A DNA stretch of 55,220 nucleotides from an uncultured Candidatus Saccharibacteria bacterium (lineage in GTDB: Bacteria; Patescibacteriota; Minisyncoccia; Phycocordibacterales; UBA2100). This document shows, one piece after another, positions 17,996 through 27,345 of this stretch. The position numbers were made by a program, and so were the translations under genes. Location of the stretch: assembly GCA_964462785.1 (NCBI GenBank), contig CAYWZA010000005.1, positions 1-55,220 of the forward strand. Reading direction: 5' to 3'. Each line of letters opens with the position of its first letter. The stretch's first letter is position 1. Under the pieces are notes generated by a model. The model was not told the origin of the DNA. It was given only the letters and a program-made list of their open reading frames with translations, and did no database searches.

Positions 17996-19255
17996 ATGCA
18001 AACAGCATTAGCATTTCCAAAAGTAGCTGCCAGCGCGGCTATATTCGGACTTCTTATGTTTACGGGCGCTCCTGCTGCATCAGCGGGGACAATCAGCGTC
18101 GTAAACAGCAACACAGCAACCGTAACGAACTCAGTCGTTGTGAGCGCCAATTCCGGAGGCAACTCCTCAGCAGGAGGGCATGGCGAACGCGGGGGTCGCG
18201 GAGGCGATGCCTCTTCGGCAGGGAACAACAACGCGCAGGGTGACAATTCGGGTGGAAACGGCGGAGCGGGTGGCAGTGGTGGAGCAGGTGGCGACATCGT
18301 CACGGGGAACGCCATCTCAACCGCAACCGTCAGCAACGACATTAATTCAACAGAAACCATCGTGGAGGATAACGATTCTGACGAGGGTGAATGCGATACT
18401 GAAACACTTCACACTGATTCTCAAATAGGATCCTCAGAATCATCGTCATTGGTTGAGACACATGCATTCGACGACAACTCGCATAACGAGCAGTCAGCAT
18501 CAGATTCAAGCGGCTCTGAAGAGTCAGCAAATGAGTCTGAGAATACATGGTCATCAAACTCGGACAGCAGCACAGAATCAGCTTCGGAATCCTTTACTGA
18601 AAACCACGACGATGCGGATGCAGCATCCTCATCGGTAGACGAGGTGCATTCGACCAACGATGACGCAGACGGCGCTTCTTCGACCTTCGATGAGTCGCAT
18701 GAAAGCGCATCGCAGAGCTCTTCGAGCGTCGGTGGTGAAAGCGACAGCCAAAGCTGGAATGCAAACAGCGCATCATCCGACGAAGCGGCTGATAACGCTT
18801 CTGCAGCATCCTCGGCTTCTGAGCATGAGGAGTCAGCATCAAGCTCGTCAAACACCAATGCCATCTCAGAAGATGACGTGTTGGTCGAGACCAGCGCATC
18901 TGAAGAGCATGACAATCTCGTTTTTGATTGGACATGCATCAACGATGAAGGCAACGAGAATGACGACATCTCGGTAAGCAACACAAACGCAGCAACTGCA
19001 GTGAACGCGGTTGCAGTGGATGCGCGCTCGGGCGACAGCCATTCAATCGGTGGGAATGGTGAGCGCGGTGATCGCGGTGGTGATGCCTCTTCGGCAGGTA
19101 ATAACAACTACGGAGGCGGCACGAATTCCGGTGGCAATGGCGCTAACGGAGGTTCGGGAGGTGCAGGCGGCAGCGTATCGACCGGCACTGCAGATTCACT
19201 CACAGACGTTGTGACAATCTCAGGGCGCACGGTAACACGCGTGATGCGCAACTAG
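17996..19255 (+). CDS. Secreted Gly/Asn/Ser-rich repeat protein with two terminal repeat modules and an acidic central region
   Basis: Signal peptide ...PAASA; duplicated ~85-aa module (ISVxNxNxA...GERGxRGGDASSAGNNN...GGSGGAGG..TGxA); central ~200 aa without Lys/Arg. Confidence 0.8.
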   Translation: MQTALAFPKVAASAAIFGLLMFTGAPAASAGTISVVNSNTATVTNSVVVSANSGGNSSAGGHGERGGRGGDASSAGNNNAQGDNSGGNGGAGGSGGAGGDIVTGNAISTATVSNDINSTETIVEDNDSDEGECDTETLHTDSQIGSSESSSLVETHAFDDNSHNEQSASDSSGSEESANESENTWSSNSDSSTESASESFTENHDDADAASSSVDEVHSTNDDADGASSTFDESHESASQSSSSVGGESDSQSWNANSASSDEAADNASAASSASEHEESASSSSNTNAISEDDVLVETSASEEHDNLVFDWTCINDEGNENDDISVSNTNAATAVNAVAVDARSGDSHSIGGNGERGDRGGDASSAGNNNYGGGTNSGGNGANGGSGGAGGSVSTGTADSLTDVVTISGRTVTRVMRN

Positions 19256-19261
19256 TGCCCA

Positions 19262-19326
19262 CTGAAAACAGGACTTGCTCCTGTTTTCAGATAAGCGCTC
19301 AAGACTCCCCCGCTTGAACGCTTATC
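19262..19326 (+). terminator. Tandem hairpins (terminator or mRNA-stability element)
   Basis: ctgaaaacagga-cttgc-tcctgttttcag directly followed by gataagcgctcaag...cttgaacgcttatc. Confidence 0.6.
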
Positions 19327-19371
19327 GAGAAAACAGCGAACGATCACGTTATCACTAATCTTTTCAATAGT

Positions 19372-21888
19372 ATGTCGATCGGGATGAAACGGAAGTGGCT
19401 GGGATTGATGCTCATATGCAGTGTGGTGGTATCCCAGTATTCACCAATGCTCGTAGTATTTGCAGAAGAGACCGTCGCTGAACAGCCTGCAGCACCCATA
19501 GAACCGGCGGTCGCCGAACAGCCGGCGCAGCCTGAAACAACTCAGTCAGGTGATACGAATACAGAGGCATCGACCGCAGAAATCACCTCTGACGCCAGTA
19601 CACCCGCTGTTGCAGCAGACACTCTTTCTGAAGAAGCGAGCATCGGGCAGGCAAGCACCACTGAAGCAGCGACCACCTCCGAACAGACATCGAGCACCAT
19701 GCAGGAAGACACTGCCGCAAGCAACTCAAGCGAGCTTGCGGATACCGCCACATCGAGTGCAACCACCACTCCCGAGAACATTGATGGCGCATCGGGTGGA
19801 TCCGGATCCGGTGACGACTCGTCCACGCCACATATTCTCTCCGGCAAAGCGGTTGCGTTGGCTAATATTCTCAACATCGTGAATACCAACACGGTGAATT
19901 CGCAAGGGGCAATATTGTTCTCAAACTTTTTCGATCACAGCGACGGCGTCGACCTGCGCACCATGGGGACTACGTCGGGAAGTTGCCAGCTCCTCGACTG
20001 CACGACAGATGATGCGGTGGAGGTCCACCTTCTCAATGACGCAGTGATCGATAACCTGATACGCGTCAACGCACTGAGTGGAGAAAACGCCATCGACACT
20101 GCAGGACAGGGGGTGATACAAACAGGTGATGCGTATGCCGGTCTCAACCTGATCAATGTGGCGAACACCAATTTTGTTGATTCGCAATACCTCTTGGTGA
20201 CCGTGAATGCATTCGAGGGCGTCGATGGCGACATCGTGTTCCCCGGTTTGCTTGATTTCTTTTCATCATTGCTCGGTATCGGCGAGGATAGCGCCGTCGC
20301 ATTCGAAAATACTGCCGATGTGGTTAATACCGTGGCTATTGACTCAAATTCCGGCGACAACAACGGTAGCGGGACGACCACTATAGAGACCGGCGATGCA
20401 CACACGTCTTCAAATGTATTCAATCAAATAAACACGTCCCTCTTGGGCGGACACTCAATTTCTCTCATCTTTCGTGTGCACGGCAATTGGGCGGGCGATG
20501 TGTTCGGCGTGCCGGATGGATTCTCGTGGAACGATCAAGGTGATGGTAGTTTTTCGCTCACCAATGATCCAACGGACACCATCGACGACATACGCGCCAC
20601 GGGTACCTCAACGGCGCTTATTAACAACGATGTGTATGTTGACGCCATCTCAGGTCGCAATGCCATCACCGGTGCGGAGACGTCCCTTATCTCGACCGGC
20701 AACGCATACGCGGGGGTCAACATCATCAACGTTGCAAACGCAAACGTCATCGGGCGCAACTGGATACTTGCGATTATAAATATTTTTGGCGACTTCAACG
20801 GCAGCATTGCATTTGGACGTCCCGATCTCTGGGTAGGAGAACAGATCGATGCACCAGCGTCCCCTGAAAACGGAACTGAGATCACCTACAAATTCACCGT
20901 CATCAATAACGGAGACTCCTCGGCAACTGATGCGAAACTTTCCGATGCGTATGATTCTGCGCATATTGATGTCATCGATTCATCTGCTCAGTATGTGCTC
21001 GGTGCCGATGGGCAGCTGCATTGGGATCTGGGCAATATCCCGCCTCAAGGAGCAATCGAGATCACGTATCGAGCGCGCATCAAAAATGCACCTTCAGGGA
21101 CCGACATTACCAACACCGTGACAGCTTCCGAGCACGAAACTGATAATAATCTTGCAGACAACACCGATACCGCCACCTTGCAAACGCGCGGCACAATTGG
21201 CGGCTGGATGTCGCCGGAGATGCAGGGGCTGGTCAAAAGTAATTCCAACTCCGGAGGAAACAGTGCCATTGCCGACTCGTTTGCAGTTGTCCGCCGGACG
21301 GCATCGACAACCGTACTCGCGAGCACCACGCGCATCGTGCACCAAGAGCTTGTACTCTCAAACACCACGGGCAATCAGATTCCGAACGTCTCGCTACATG
21401 ACACACTCTACGACCCATCTGGGCGCTTGATCGGAGACGAAGTGTGGGACTTGGGAATGGTGCGCCCGCATGAAGATATAGTCATCGGATATGACATATC
21501 ATTTACGCCGGACGCTCCATGGGGTGTGTACGATTTGTCGACATACATCAGCAATGGGTCCGCCACAACTACATTCAATAAGAATGGCAGTATATTCCTG
21601 CTGCCGAAACCGCCTGATCCGCTCATACCATCCCTTCCGATTGAGGCAGCTACAACGACCGCGCATGTATCATCAAAAATCCAACCAATACGTGTCTATG
21701 AAATACCCGTTCCCACACGCGAAGACATGAGTCTGCCCGCGACCAACGAAGCGCAAGTAGCCGCTGCAGCCTCAAGCACCTCGCTGCCACTCAATATATT
21801 GCTCTACCTCCTGCCATTTATCGTCGGCGGTCTCGGGGCGCTTGCCCTCTACCTTGCCCCTAAGCGAAGGGATAGAAAATTGACATAG
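19372..21888 (+). CDS. Large cell-surface protein: TG[DN]A repeats, DUF11-like domain, C-terminal membrane anchor
   Basis: Signal peptide, T/S/A/E linker, four repeats (IxTGDA/TGNA..N..N..NxN), ITYKFTVINNG...W.LG.I..TNT..DNN..DN, TM followed by KRRDRK. Confidence 0.8.
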   Translation: MSIGMKRKWLGLMLICSVVVSQYSPMLVVFAEETVAEQPAAPIEPAVAEQPAQPETTQSGDTNTEASTAEITSDASTPAVAADTLSEEASIGQASTTEAATTSEQTSSTMQEDTAASNSSELADTATSSATTTPENIDGASGGSGSGDDSSTPHILSGKAVALANILNIVNTNTVNSQGAILFSNFFDHSDGVDLRTMGTTSGSCQLLDCTTDDAVEVHLLNDAVIDNLIRVNALSGENAIDTAGQGVIQTGDAYAGLNLINVANTNFVDSQYLLVTVNAFEGVDGDIVFPGLLDFFSSLLGIGEDSAVAFENTADVVNTVAIDSNSGDNNGSGTTTIETGDAHTSSNVFNQINTSLLGGHSISLIFRVHGNWAGDVFGVPDGFSWNDQGDGSFSLTNDPTDTIDDIRATGTSTALINNDVYVDAISGRNAITGAETSLISTGNAYAGVNIINVANANVIGRNWILAIINIFGDFNGSIAFGRPDLWVGEQIDAPASPENGTEITYKFTVINNGDSSATDAKLSDAYDSAHIDVIDSSAQYVLGADGQLHWDLGNIPPQGAIEITYRARIKNAPSGTDITNTVTASEHETDNNLADNTDTATLQTRGTIGGWMSPEMQGLVKSNSNSGGNSAIADSFAVVRRTASTTVLASTTRIVHQELVLSNTTGNQIPNVSLHDTLYDPSGRLIGDEVWDLGMVRPHEDIVIGYDISFTPDAPWGVYDLSTYISNGSATTTFNKNGSIFLLPKPPDPLIPSLPIEAATTTAHVSSKIQPIRVYEIPVPTREDMSLPATNEAQVAAAASSTSLPLNILLYLLPFIVGGLGALALYLAPKRRDRKLT

Positions 21889-21907
21889 TCCCCCAATATG
21901 GTATACT
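21880..21907 (+). promoter_or_regulatory. Sigma70-type promoter for the response regulator/kinase operon
   Basis: TTGACA-16 nt-TATACT with TG extended -10. Confidence 0.65.
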
Positions 21908-21924
21908 ATACATTCATGAAGAAT

Positions 21925-21942
21925 CTTCATCTGGGCTTCATC
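21925..21942 (+). promoter_or_regulatory. Candidate OmpR-family tandem operator
   Basis: cttcatc-tggg-cttcatc, exact 7-mer at 11-bp period, just downstream of the promoter. Confidence 0.5.
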
Positions 21943-22037
21943 TTGGCTCTGTATAAAGACAATATCGCTATAGCAGCGATGCATAGCTGAGAGGCGTTAA
22001 AAATAGCACTCGAAACTCATCCCAAAAATATCGTGAT

Positions 22038-22712
22038 ATGAAAATCCTAATCGTAGAGGACGAAGAGAAGATGGCGAAACTCCTCAAGAAGGGTCTTGAA
22101 AAGGAAGGCTACGCTGCAGATTACGTGACCGACGGCGAGGCGGCTGAAAAGCGCATCGGGCTCAATCGTGATGCATATGATCTCATTATTCTCGATTTGA
22201 TGCTCCCGAAAAAGAGCGGGGTTGAGGTGTGCAAGACCATCCGTGAATACAAGATCATGACCCCGATTCTGGTCCTCACGGCAAAAGATATGCCCGCAGA
22301 CAAAACCGCGGCGCTCGATTGTGGCGCCGATGATTATCTGGTCAAACCGTTTTCATTTGAAGAATTACTAGCGCGCCTTCGGGCGCTTATGCGCAGACCG
22401 GTGCAGGCGCTGCCGACCGTCATCGAAATAAAGGGCATCAGCCTCAATAATGCCGAGCGAAAAGTATTTTTGAACGGAAAGGAGGTGCCGATGACGATGA
22501 AGGAGTTCAGTTTGCTTGAATACCTGATGAAGAATCCGAATCGCGTGCTGACACGCGATCAGATCATGGAACATCTCTGGGGGTGGGACTTTGATTCGTT
22601 CAGTAATGTGGTCGATGTGCATATAAAAAATTTGCGGAGGAAACTCCATGACACTAACAGTCAAAAGACTCTTGAGACAATTCGAGGATTGGGCTACCGA
22701 TTTAAGGCGTGA
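22038..22712 (+). CDS. OmpR/PhoB-family response regulator
   Basis: MKILIVEDE, LDLMLP, GADDYLVKPF, NVVDVHIKNLRRKL, TIRGLGY. Confidence 0.95.
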   Translation: MKILIVEDEEKMAKLLKKGLEKEGYAADYVTDGEAAEKRIGLNRDAYDLIILDLMLPKKSGVEVCKTIREYKIMTPILVLTAKDMPADKTAALDCGADDYLVKPFSFEELLARLRALMRRPVQALPTVIEIKGISLNNAERKVFLNGKEVPMTMKEFSLLEYLMKNPNRVLTRDQIMEHLWGWDFDSFSNVVDVHIKNLRRKLHDTNSQKTLETIRGLGYRFKA

Positions 22713-23703
22713 TGAGCTCATCTTGGCTGTACTTAGATTAGCGGCGCTCTACGTGGTGGCGATATCTTTCGTGCTGATCCTGTTTTACATCACCATCATT
22801 CTCAACAGATTATACGTAGGGATAGATCTTGCCGATCTGGTGTCCAGTCGACGCGTTTTCATCAACGAGGTTGCACAGAGCATTATCACCAGCTCCACCA
22901 TTATTGTCGCTGGCATGGTATTCAGTGTCTGCGTCGCAACGTTTCTCCTCGCCTGTTTCGCATTCAGACGTATCGACGAGGTGACTCGCATGCAACATCG
23001 CTTCATCGCTGAGACGTCCCATGAGATGCGCACCCCCCTCTCCATTATGAAGACAGGTATTGAGGTCTCATTGATGAACAAAAATTCATTGACACGAGAG
23101 GAAGCTGTTGAAGTGTTGGAAACCAACCTGCAGGAGGTGAACAATATGGCACGCATGATTAATGCGCTCTTAGTACTATCGCGGTTCGATGACCCATCCC
23201 GCTCAGCGCAGTTGGAACGAATCAATATTACCGATATTGTTTCTGCCGCAACACTCGCATACGAGAAAGCCGCTGAGTCAAAACAGATTACTATGCATCT
23301 CCCGGATGCCCCCGCCTATACGGTGGTAGGCAATAGCGTACACTTGGGAACCATGTTCAAGCAGATTATCCGGAACGCCGTCGCATACACTGAAGAACGT
23401 GGATCTATTCAGGTGCGCATTGCACCCTCGTTTCCCAAACGAGTCCGTGTTTCGATACAAGATACAGGAATCGGCATCGACGCGAAAGACATTCCGCACA
23501 TCTTTGAGCCGTTTTACCGTGCGCGCGACAGCCACGAACTACTGACGGAACGTCATCGTGCCAATAACCCCAGCACAAAAAAGCCGGTCGGTCTTGGACT
23601 TGCACTGGTAAAAAAGATTGTAAAACAACACCGTGGCACCGTACGTGTACACAGCGAGGTAAAAAAGGGGTCAACATTTTTTGTCACTCTGCCGCTTGTA
23701 TAA
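22648..23703 (+). CDS. Sensor histidine kinase (2 TM)
   Basis: SHEMRTPL, IIRNAVAY, DTGIG, GLGLAL; start overlaps the regulator 3' end (start position uncertain). Confidence 0.88.
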   Translation: MTLTVKRLLRQFEDWATDLRRDELILAVLRLAALYVVAISFVLILFYITIILNRLYVGIDLADLVSSRRVFINEVAQSIITSSTIIVAGMVFSVCVATFLLACFAFRRIDEVTRMQHRFIAETSHEMRTPLSIMKTGIEVSLMNKNSLTREEAVEVLETNLQEVNNMARMINALLVLSRFDDPSRSAQLERINITDIVSAATLAYEKAAESKQITMHLPDAPAYTVVGNSVHLGTMFKQIIRNAVAYTEERGSIQVRIAPSFPKRVRVSIQDTGIGIDAKDIPHIFEPFYRARDSHELLTERHRANNPSTKKPVGLGLALVKKIVKQHRGTVRVHSEVKKGSTFFVTLPLV

Positions 23704-23723
23704 AACACAGCAGGCGTGCAATA

Positions 23724-24404
23724 ATGCGCGCGATGCGCGTACTCATTATTGACGACGACCAGAACATGTGCCACGTGCTTCGCCGCGGCTTAGAGGCTGA
23801 GAGCTATTCGGTAGACACCGCATTCGGGGGGAAAAATGGTCTCTATTTAGCGACCATTACAGACTACGATCTCATCATCCTCGATAACGCCATGCCTGAT
23901 GAAGACGGGCGCTCGGTGTGCAGAAAAATTCGCGCAGGGGGTAAAACAACTCCCGTTTTAATCCTTTCCGCACTCAGTAGCCCCACTGAAAAAATCGACC
24001 TGCTGAATATTGGTGCTGATGACTACTTAGGAAAACCGTTCTCCTTTGGAGAGCTTCTCGCCCGCATGCGCGCATTGATGCGCAGACCACGCGCTGTGGT
24101 TGAAGAAACCATCTGCGTCGGCCCACTCTCGCTCAATACGCGAACACATACCGTACGCCGCGACGAAGAAGACATCTCTCTAACCCGTAAGGAATACATG
24201 CTGCTCAAATATTTTATGCTCAACAAGAGCGCGGTGCTTTCGCGCGCCATGCTCATGGAACATGTGTGGGATATGCATCTTGATCCTTTCTCTAATACCG
24301 TTGAAGCGCATATAGCAAGCCTGCGCAAGAAAATAGAAGATCCGCATCAGACACGGCTCATCCATACCGTTGCGGGGAGAGGGTATAAATTGGAGTGCGT
24401 CTAG
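23724..24404 (+). CDS. Second OmpR/PhoB-family response regulator
   Basis: LIIDDD, LDNAMP, GADDYLGKPF, NTVEAHIASLRKKI, TVAGRGY. Confidence 0.93.
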   Translation: MRAMRVLIIDDDQNMCHVLRRGLEAESYSVDTAFGGKNGLYLATITDYDLIILDNAMPDEDGRSVCRKIRAGGKTTPVLILSALSSPTEKIDLLNIGADDYLGKPFSFGELLARMRALMRRPRAVVEETICVGPLSLNTRTHTVRRDEEDISLTRKEYMLLKYFMLNKSAVLSRAMLMEHVWDMHLDPFSNTVEAHIASLRKKIEDPHQTRLIHTVAGRGYKLECV

Positions 24405-24415
24405 TTCTCGTCTGA

Positions 24416-24455
24416 CCTCATGTGCACTTTAAGATTACTTTATCTTTTCTTTAAG
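24416..24455 (+). promoter_or_regulatory. Candidate tandem operator (3-4 half sites)
   Basis: cctcatg/ctttaag/ctttatc/ctttaag at 24416, 24427, 24438, 24449 (11-bp period). Confidence 0.45.
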
Positions 24456-24540
24456 GGGGCTCTTATGGGATCGTTCATAATGATGGAAGTCCAATAGAGA
24501 AAAAACGGAGCAATGCCATGACACATAGCGGGAGGCGACC

Positions 24541-25266
24541 GTGACCACACCCTCATTCCACATACGAGGGGTGAGTGCGGCGGATGTGGATGTGCTCGAG
24601 ACTCTGGAAGCACAGGTCTGGGGAGCACTGCACATGTATGCGCTCACGCGGGATGACCTCACTCGCTGGATGCAGGTGCAATCATCCTTTTTCATTGTTG
24701 CTGAGCACAACAACGTAATCGTTGGCTATTTCCTTGGTCAGCATAACCACTTTGATCCGGTCAGCATAGACCAGTACATAAAGCTTGACATAATTACAGG
24801 AAAAGGTTATATTAATATCCCGCATGACCCCGCAGGCGACAGTCTGTATGGGATATCAATTGTGTCTGTCATGCGCGGAGCGGGGCATGCGCTCTACCAG
24901 CGGGTGCTCCATGAGCTTGCCGCTCAGAAGAAAAAGTACTACTTCGGCTATGTTCGCCTTGCCGGTTTCCGCCCGTTCTTGCAGACACTCAATCCGCAGG
25001 AACAGGTCCACGCCGCAACACAAGGTCTTGATACCGTAGCGCTGTGGTATGCACATGAATGTATGGAGCGCATCGGCGGGAAAGTGTGGGCGCAGTGCAC
25101 GGCAAAACCGACACTGGCACTCCCCTCACCGCCACCTGACCCTATACTCAGCTTTCATGTCAAAAACTGCAACGGAGCATTCGGTCTTATGCGCGTCGTT
25201 CCACATTACATGCACGATCCTGCATCAATAAATTATTCGGCGTTCCTTGTATACGAATGCACGTGA
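24541..25266 (+). CDS. GNAT-fold acetyltransferase-like protein (YkwB-like)
   Basis: IR.....D...L..LE, FIVAE...IVGY, HDPAGDSLYGISI, RGAGHALY, DPILSFH; GGAGG SD before GTG. Confidence 0.65.
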   Translation: MTTPSFHIRGVSAADVDVLETLEAQVWGALHMYALTRDDLTRWMQVQSSFFIVAEHNNVIVGYFLGQHNHFDPVSIDQYIKLDIITGKGYINIPHDPAGDSLYGISIVSVMRGAGHALYQRVLHELAAQKKKYYFGYVRLAGFRPFLQTLNPQEQVHAATQGLDTVALWYAHECMERIGGKVWAQCTAKPTLALPSPPPDPILSFHVKNCNGAFGLMRVVPHYMHDPASINYSAFLVYECT

Positions 25267-25273
25267 TATTTGT

Positions 25274-27292
25274 ATGTTCGCATTCACTTACACAGCCGCA
25301 TTGCTCGCGATTCTTTTCGCGGTCTGTGCGGCTTTTCTGCTTACGCGATTCCGGCACCGCGCGCTGGCAGTTGCGCTCGCATTTGAATTTCTTTCAGGCG
25401 CCTTCTGGATTGGCTCAAACGCCGGTGCAGATGTGGCATACACGCCCGCAATGAACATAGCGTGGAGCGGTCTGTGCTTTATCGGCGGCTTGCTTATCTT
25501 GAGTTTCTTTCTGCTATTCGTCGAAGTGTTTACAAAAGGAGACTGGCCTTCACGTGCGCGTATTGCGCTCTATATGGCGCCGAGCATTCTTATGGCTCCG
25601 CTCGCATTTTCAACATACTCGATTGTGGACACAATCTTCCCTCCCAACGCTCCTTCAGCGATTGTTCCCGGACCGTTGTATTACGGGTATCTACTGTTTT
25701 TCTTCATCGCAGTTGTGTACGGGCTTGCGCGTTTGATTCGCTATTATTTCAATGCGAGCGGCAATCACCGATACCAGGCTGCTTACATTATTCTGGGCTC
25801 TTCCCTATTTTTCGCGGGTCTAATCACCTTTAATGTCATTCTTCCTCTCTTCGGGGAGCTGCGCTTTTTCAACGTCGGACCCCAATTTGCCGCTGTGTTT
25901 CTTGCTGCGTGTGTATACGCAATTTTCAAATACCAGCTCTTGGATATACGGGTCCTGCTTCAGCGCGGATTGATCTTTTCCATACTCTTTGCGCTTGTGG
26001 TGACTGTCTACGTAAGCGGTCTGCTGTACGTCGAATCGATGTTTGGGTTCGAGACCGGGACCGCTGCGCACCTATCGGCAGCCCTTGTGCTTATCATAGG
26101 TATATTTACTGTACCCCCACTGGAACGCGCGTTTAAGAAAATAACCGACCCATGGTTTTTTAAAGATTCGTATTGCTACTCACAGACACTTGAACAGCTG
26201 AGTACTGTCCTAAATAACACCGTCGAGCTCAAGCCACTTGTCGAGAGCTCGCTCACTACACTCGCAGAAGCAATGCGACTGCAGGGTGTCGAGCTGCGCC
26301 AGATGCGTGATGGATCCACCTTTCGTGTACACGCTGAAGAACTGCAGGAGCTAGGCGCTCCCGCATTGTGCGTGCCCGTAAGCCTTGGAGACGGTGAGCA
26401 ATTGGGAGAGCTGTGCGTTGGCGAGAAACTTTCTGGTGATCCAATACGGGCGGAAGATGCTGCGCTTCTGCGCACATTTGCCGCACAGCTCGGCATCGCT
26501 CTCAAGAAAGCCGAATTGTACCAACAGCTCAAGGAATACTCACTTACTCTGGAGCAAAAAGTTGCCGAGCGTACGGCGCGCCTCGAGCGGATGCAGAACC
26601 ATCAGCGGGAAATGATCGATGATGCGTCTCATGAATTGCAAACTCCACTCGCGATCATAAAAACCACCGTTGAGCTTCTTATGCGAGAAAAAATTGGCGA
26701 CGCATTCAGGGCGGATCTCGCGATGATTGACCGCAGTGTGGACAGTTTGACACGACTCGTCAGTAATTTGCTGCACCTCGCCCGACTGGAAACGGAAACT
26801 GATAAAATTCGCCACACTGAGTTTGATCTTTCTGCTCTTGCGCGCAGCATCATTGAATACACTGAGGTAATCTGCGAGAGCGCGCAGATTACCCTCCACG
26901 CATCCATTGAGGATGGAATCTCATTTTTCGGTCGGAGAGAACTCATTGAGGAAGTCATCACCAATTTGCTTTCCAATGCCGTGAAATACACACGCAATGC
27001 TCCTGAACGCCATGTGCACTTCACACTTCGAGCCGATGCAGGGACCATCGAGGTCAAAGTCGTAGACAGTGGCGCGGGTATTGCACCGGAAGATATCCCA
27101 CACCTATTCAAGCGCTTTTATCGAAGCCAGACACAAGCTGGTGTGACGCGAGGGACCGGACTCGGGCTTGCTATCTGCAAGCGCATTGCCAAACAGCACG
27201 GCGGTAAGATTTTTGCTGAAAGCGGCGGTATCGGCACTGGTTCTACATTCACAGTGCAATTGCCTCGCCAGCGACCTAGAGGCAAAAAATAG
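25274..27292 (+). CDS. Sensor histidine kinase with N-terminal multi-TM (HisKA_7TM-like) receptor and GAF-like domain
   Basis: Hydrophobic N-terminus ending YAIFKYQLLDI, GEKLSGD..EDAALL, SHELQTPL, NLLSNAVKY, DSGAG, GTGLGL. Confidence 0.88.
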   Translation: MFAFTYTAALLAILFAVCAAFLLTRFRHRALAVALAFEFLSGAFWIGSNAGADVAYTPAMNIAWSGLCFIGGLLILSFFLLFVEVFTKGDWPSRARIALYMAPSILMAPLAFSTYSIVDTIFPPNAPSAIVPGPLYYGYLLFFFIAVVYGLARLIRYYFNASGNHRYQAAYIILGSSLFFAGLITFNVILPLFGELRFFNVGPQFAAVFLAACVYAIFKYQLLDIRVLLQRGLIFSILFALVVTVYVSGLLYVESMFGFETGTAAHLSAALVLIIGIFTVPPLERAFKKITDPWFFKDSYCYSQTLEQLSTVLNNTVELKPLVESSLTTLAEAMRLQGVELRQMRDGSTFRVHAEELQELGAPALCVPVSLGDGEQLGELCVGEKLSGDPIRAEDAALLRTFAAQLGIALKKAELYQQLKEYSLTLEQKVAERTARLERMQNHQREMIDDASHELQTPLAIIKTTVELLMREKIGDAFRADLAMIDRSVDSLTRLVSNLLHLARLETETDKIRHTEFDLSALARSIIEYTEVICESAQITLHASIEDGISFFGRRELIEEVITNLLSNAVKYTRNAPERHVHFTLRADAGTIEVKVVDSGAGIAPEDIPHLFKRFYRSQTQAGVTRGTGLGLAICKRIAKQHGGKIFAESGGIGTGSTFTVQLPRQRPRGKK

Positions 27293-27303
27293 GTTTTTGA
27301 TAC

Positions 27304-27337
27304 CAAATCACCCCGCGGCATGCCGCGGGGTGATTTG
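27304..27337. terminator. Perfect 34-bp palindrome (bidirectional terminator or REP)
   Basis: caaatcaccccgcggca|tgccgcggggtgatttg. Confidence 0.7.
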
Positions 27338-27345
27338 TTAAAATT

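Noticed and set aside
21730-21750. LPATN as a sortase signal
   Set aside because: Not LPxTG, sits ~15 residues before the TM, and no sortase is in the window; unsupported.
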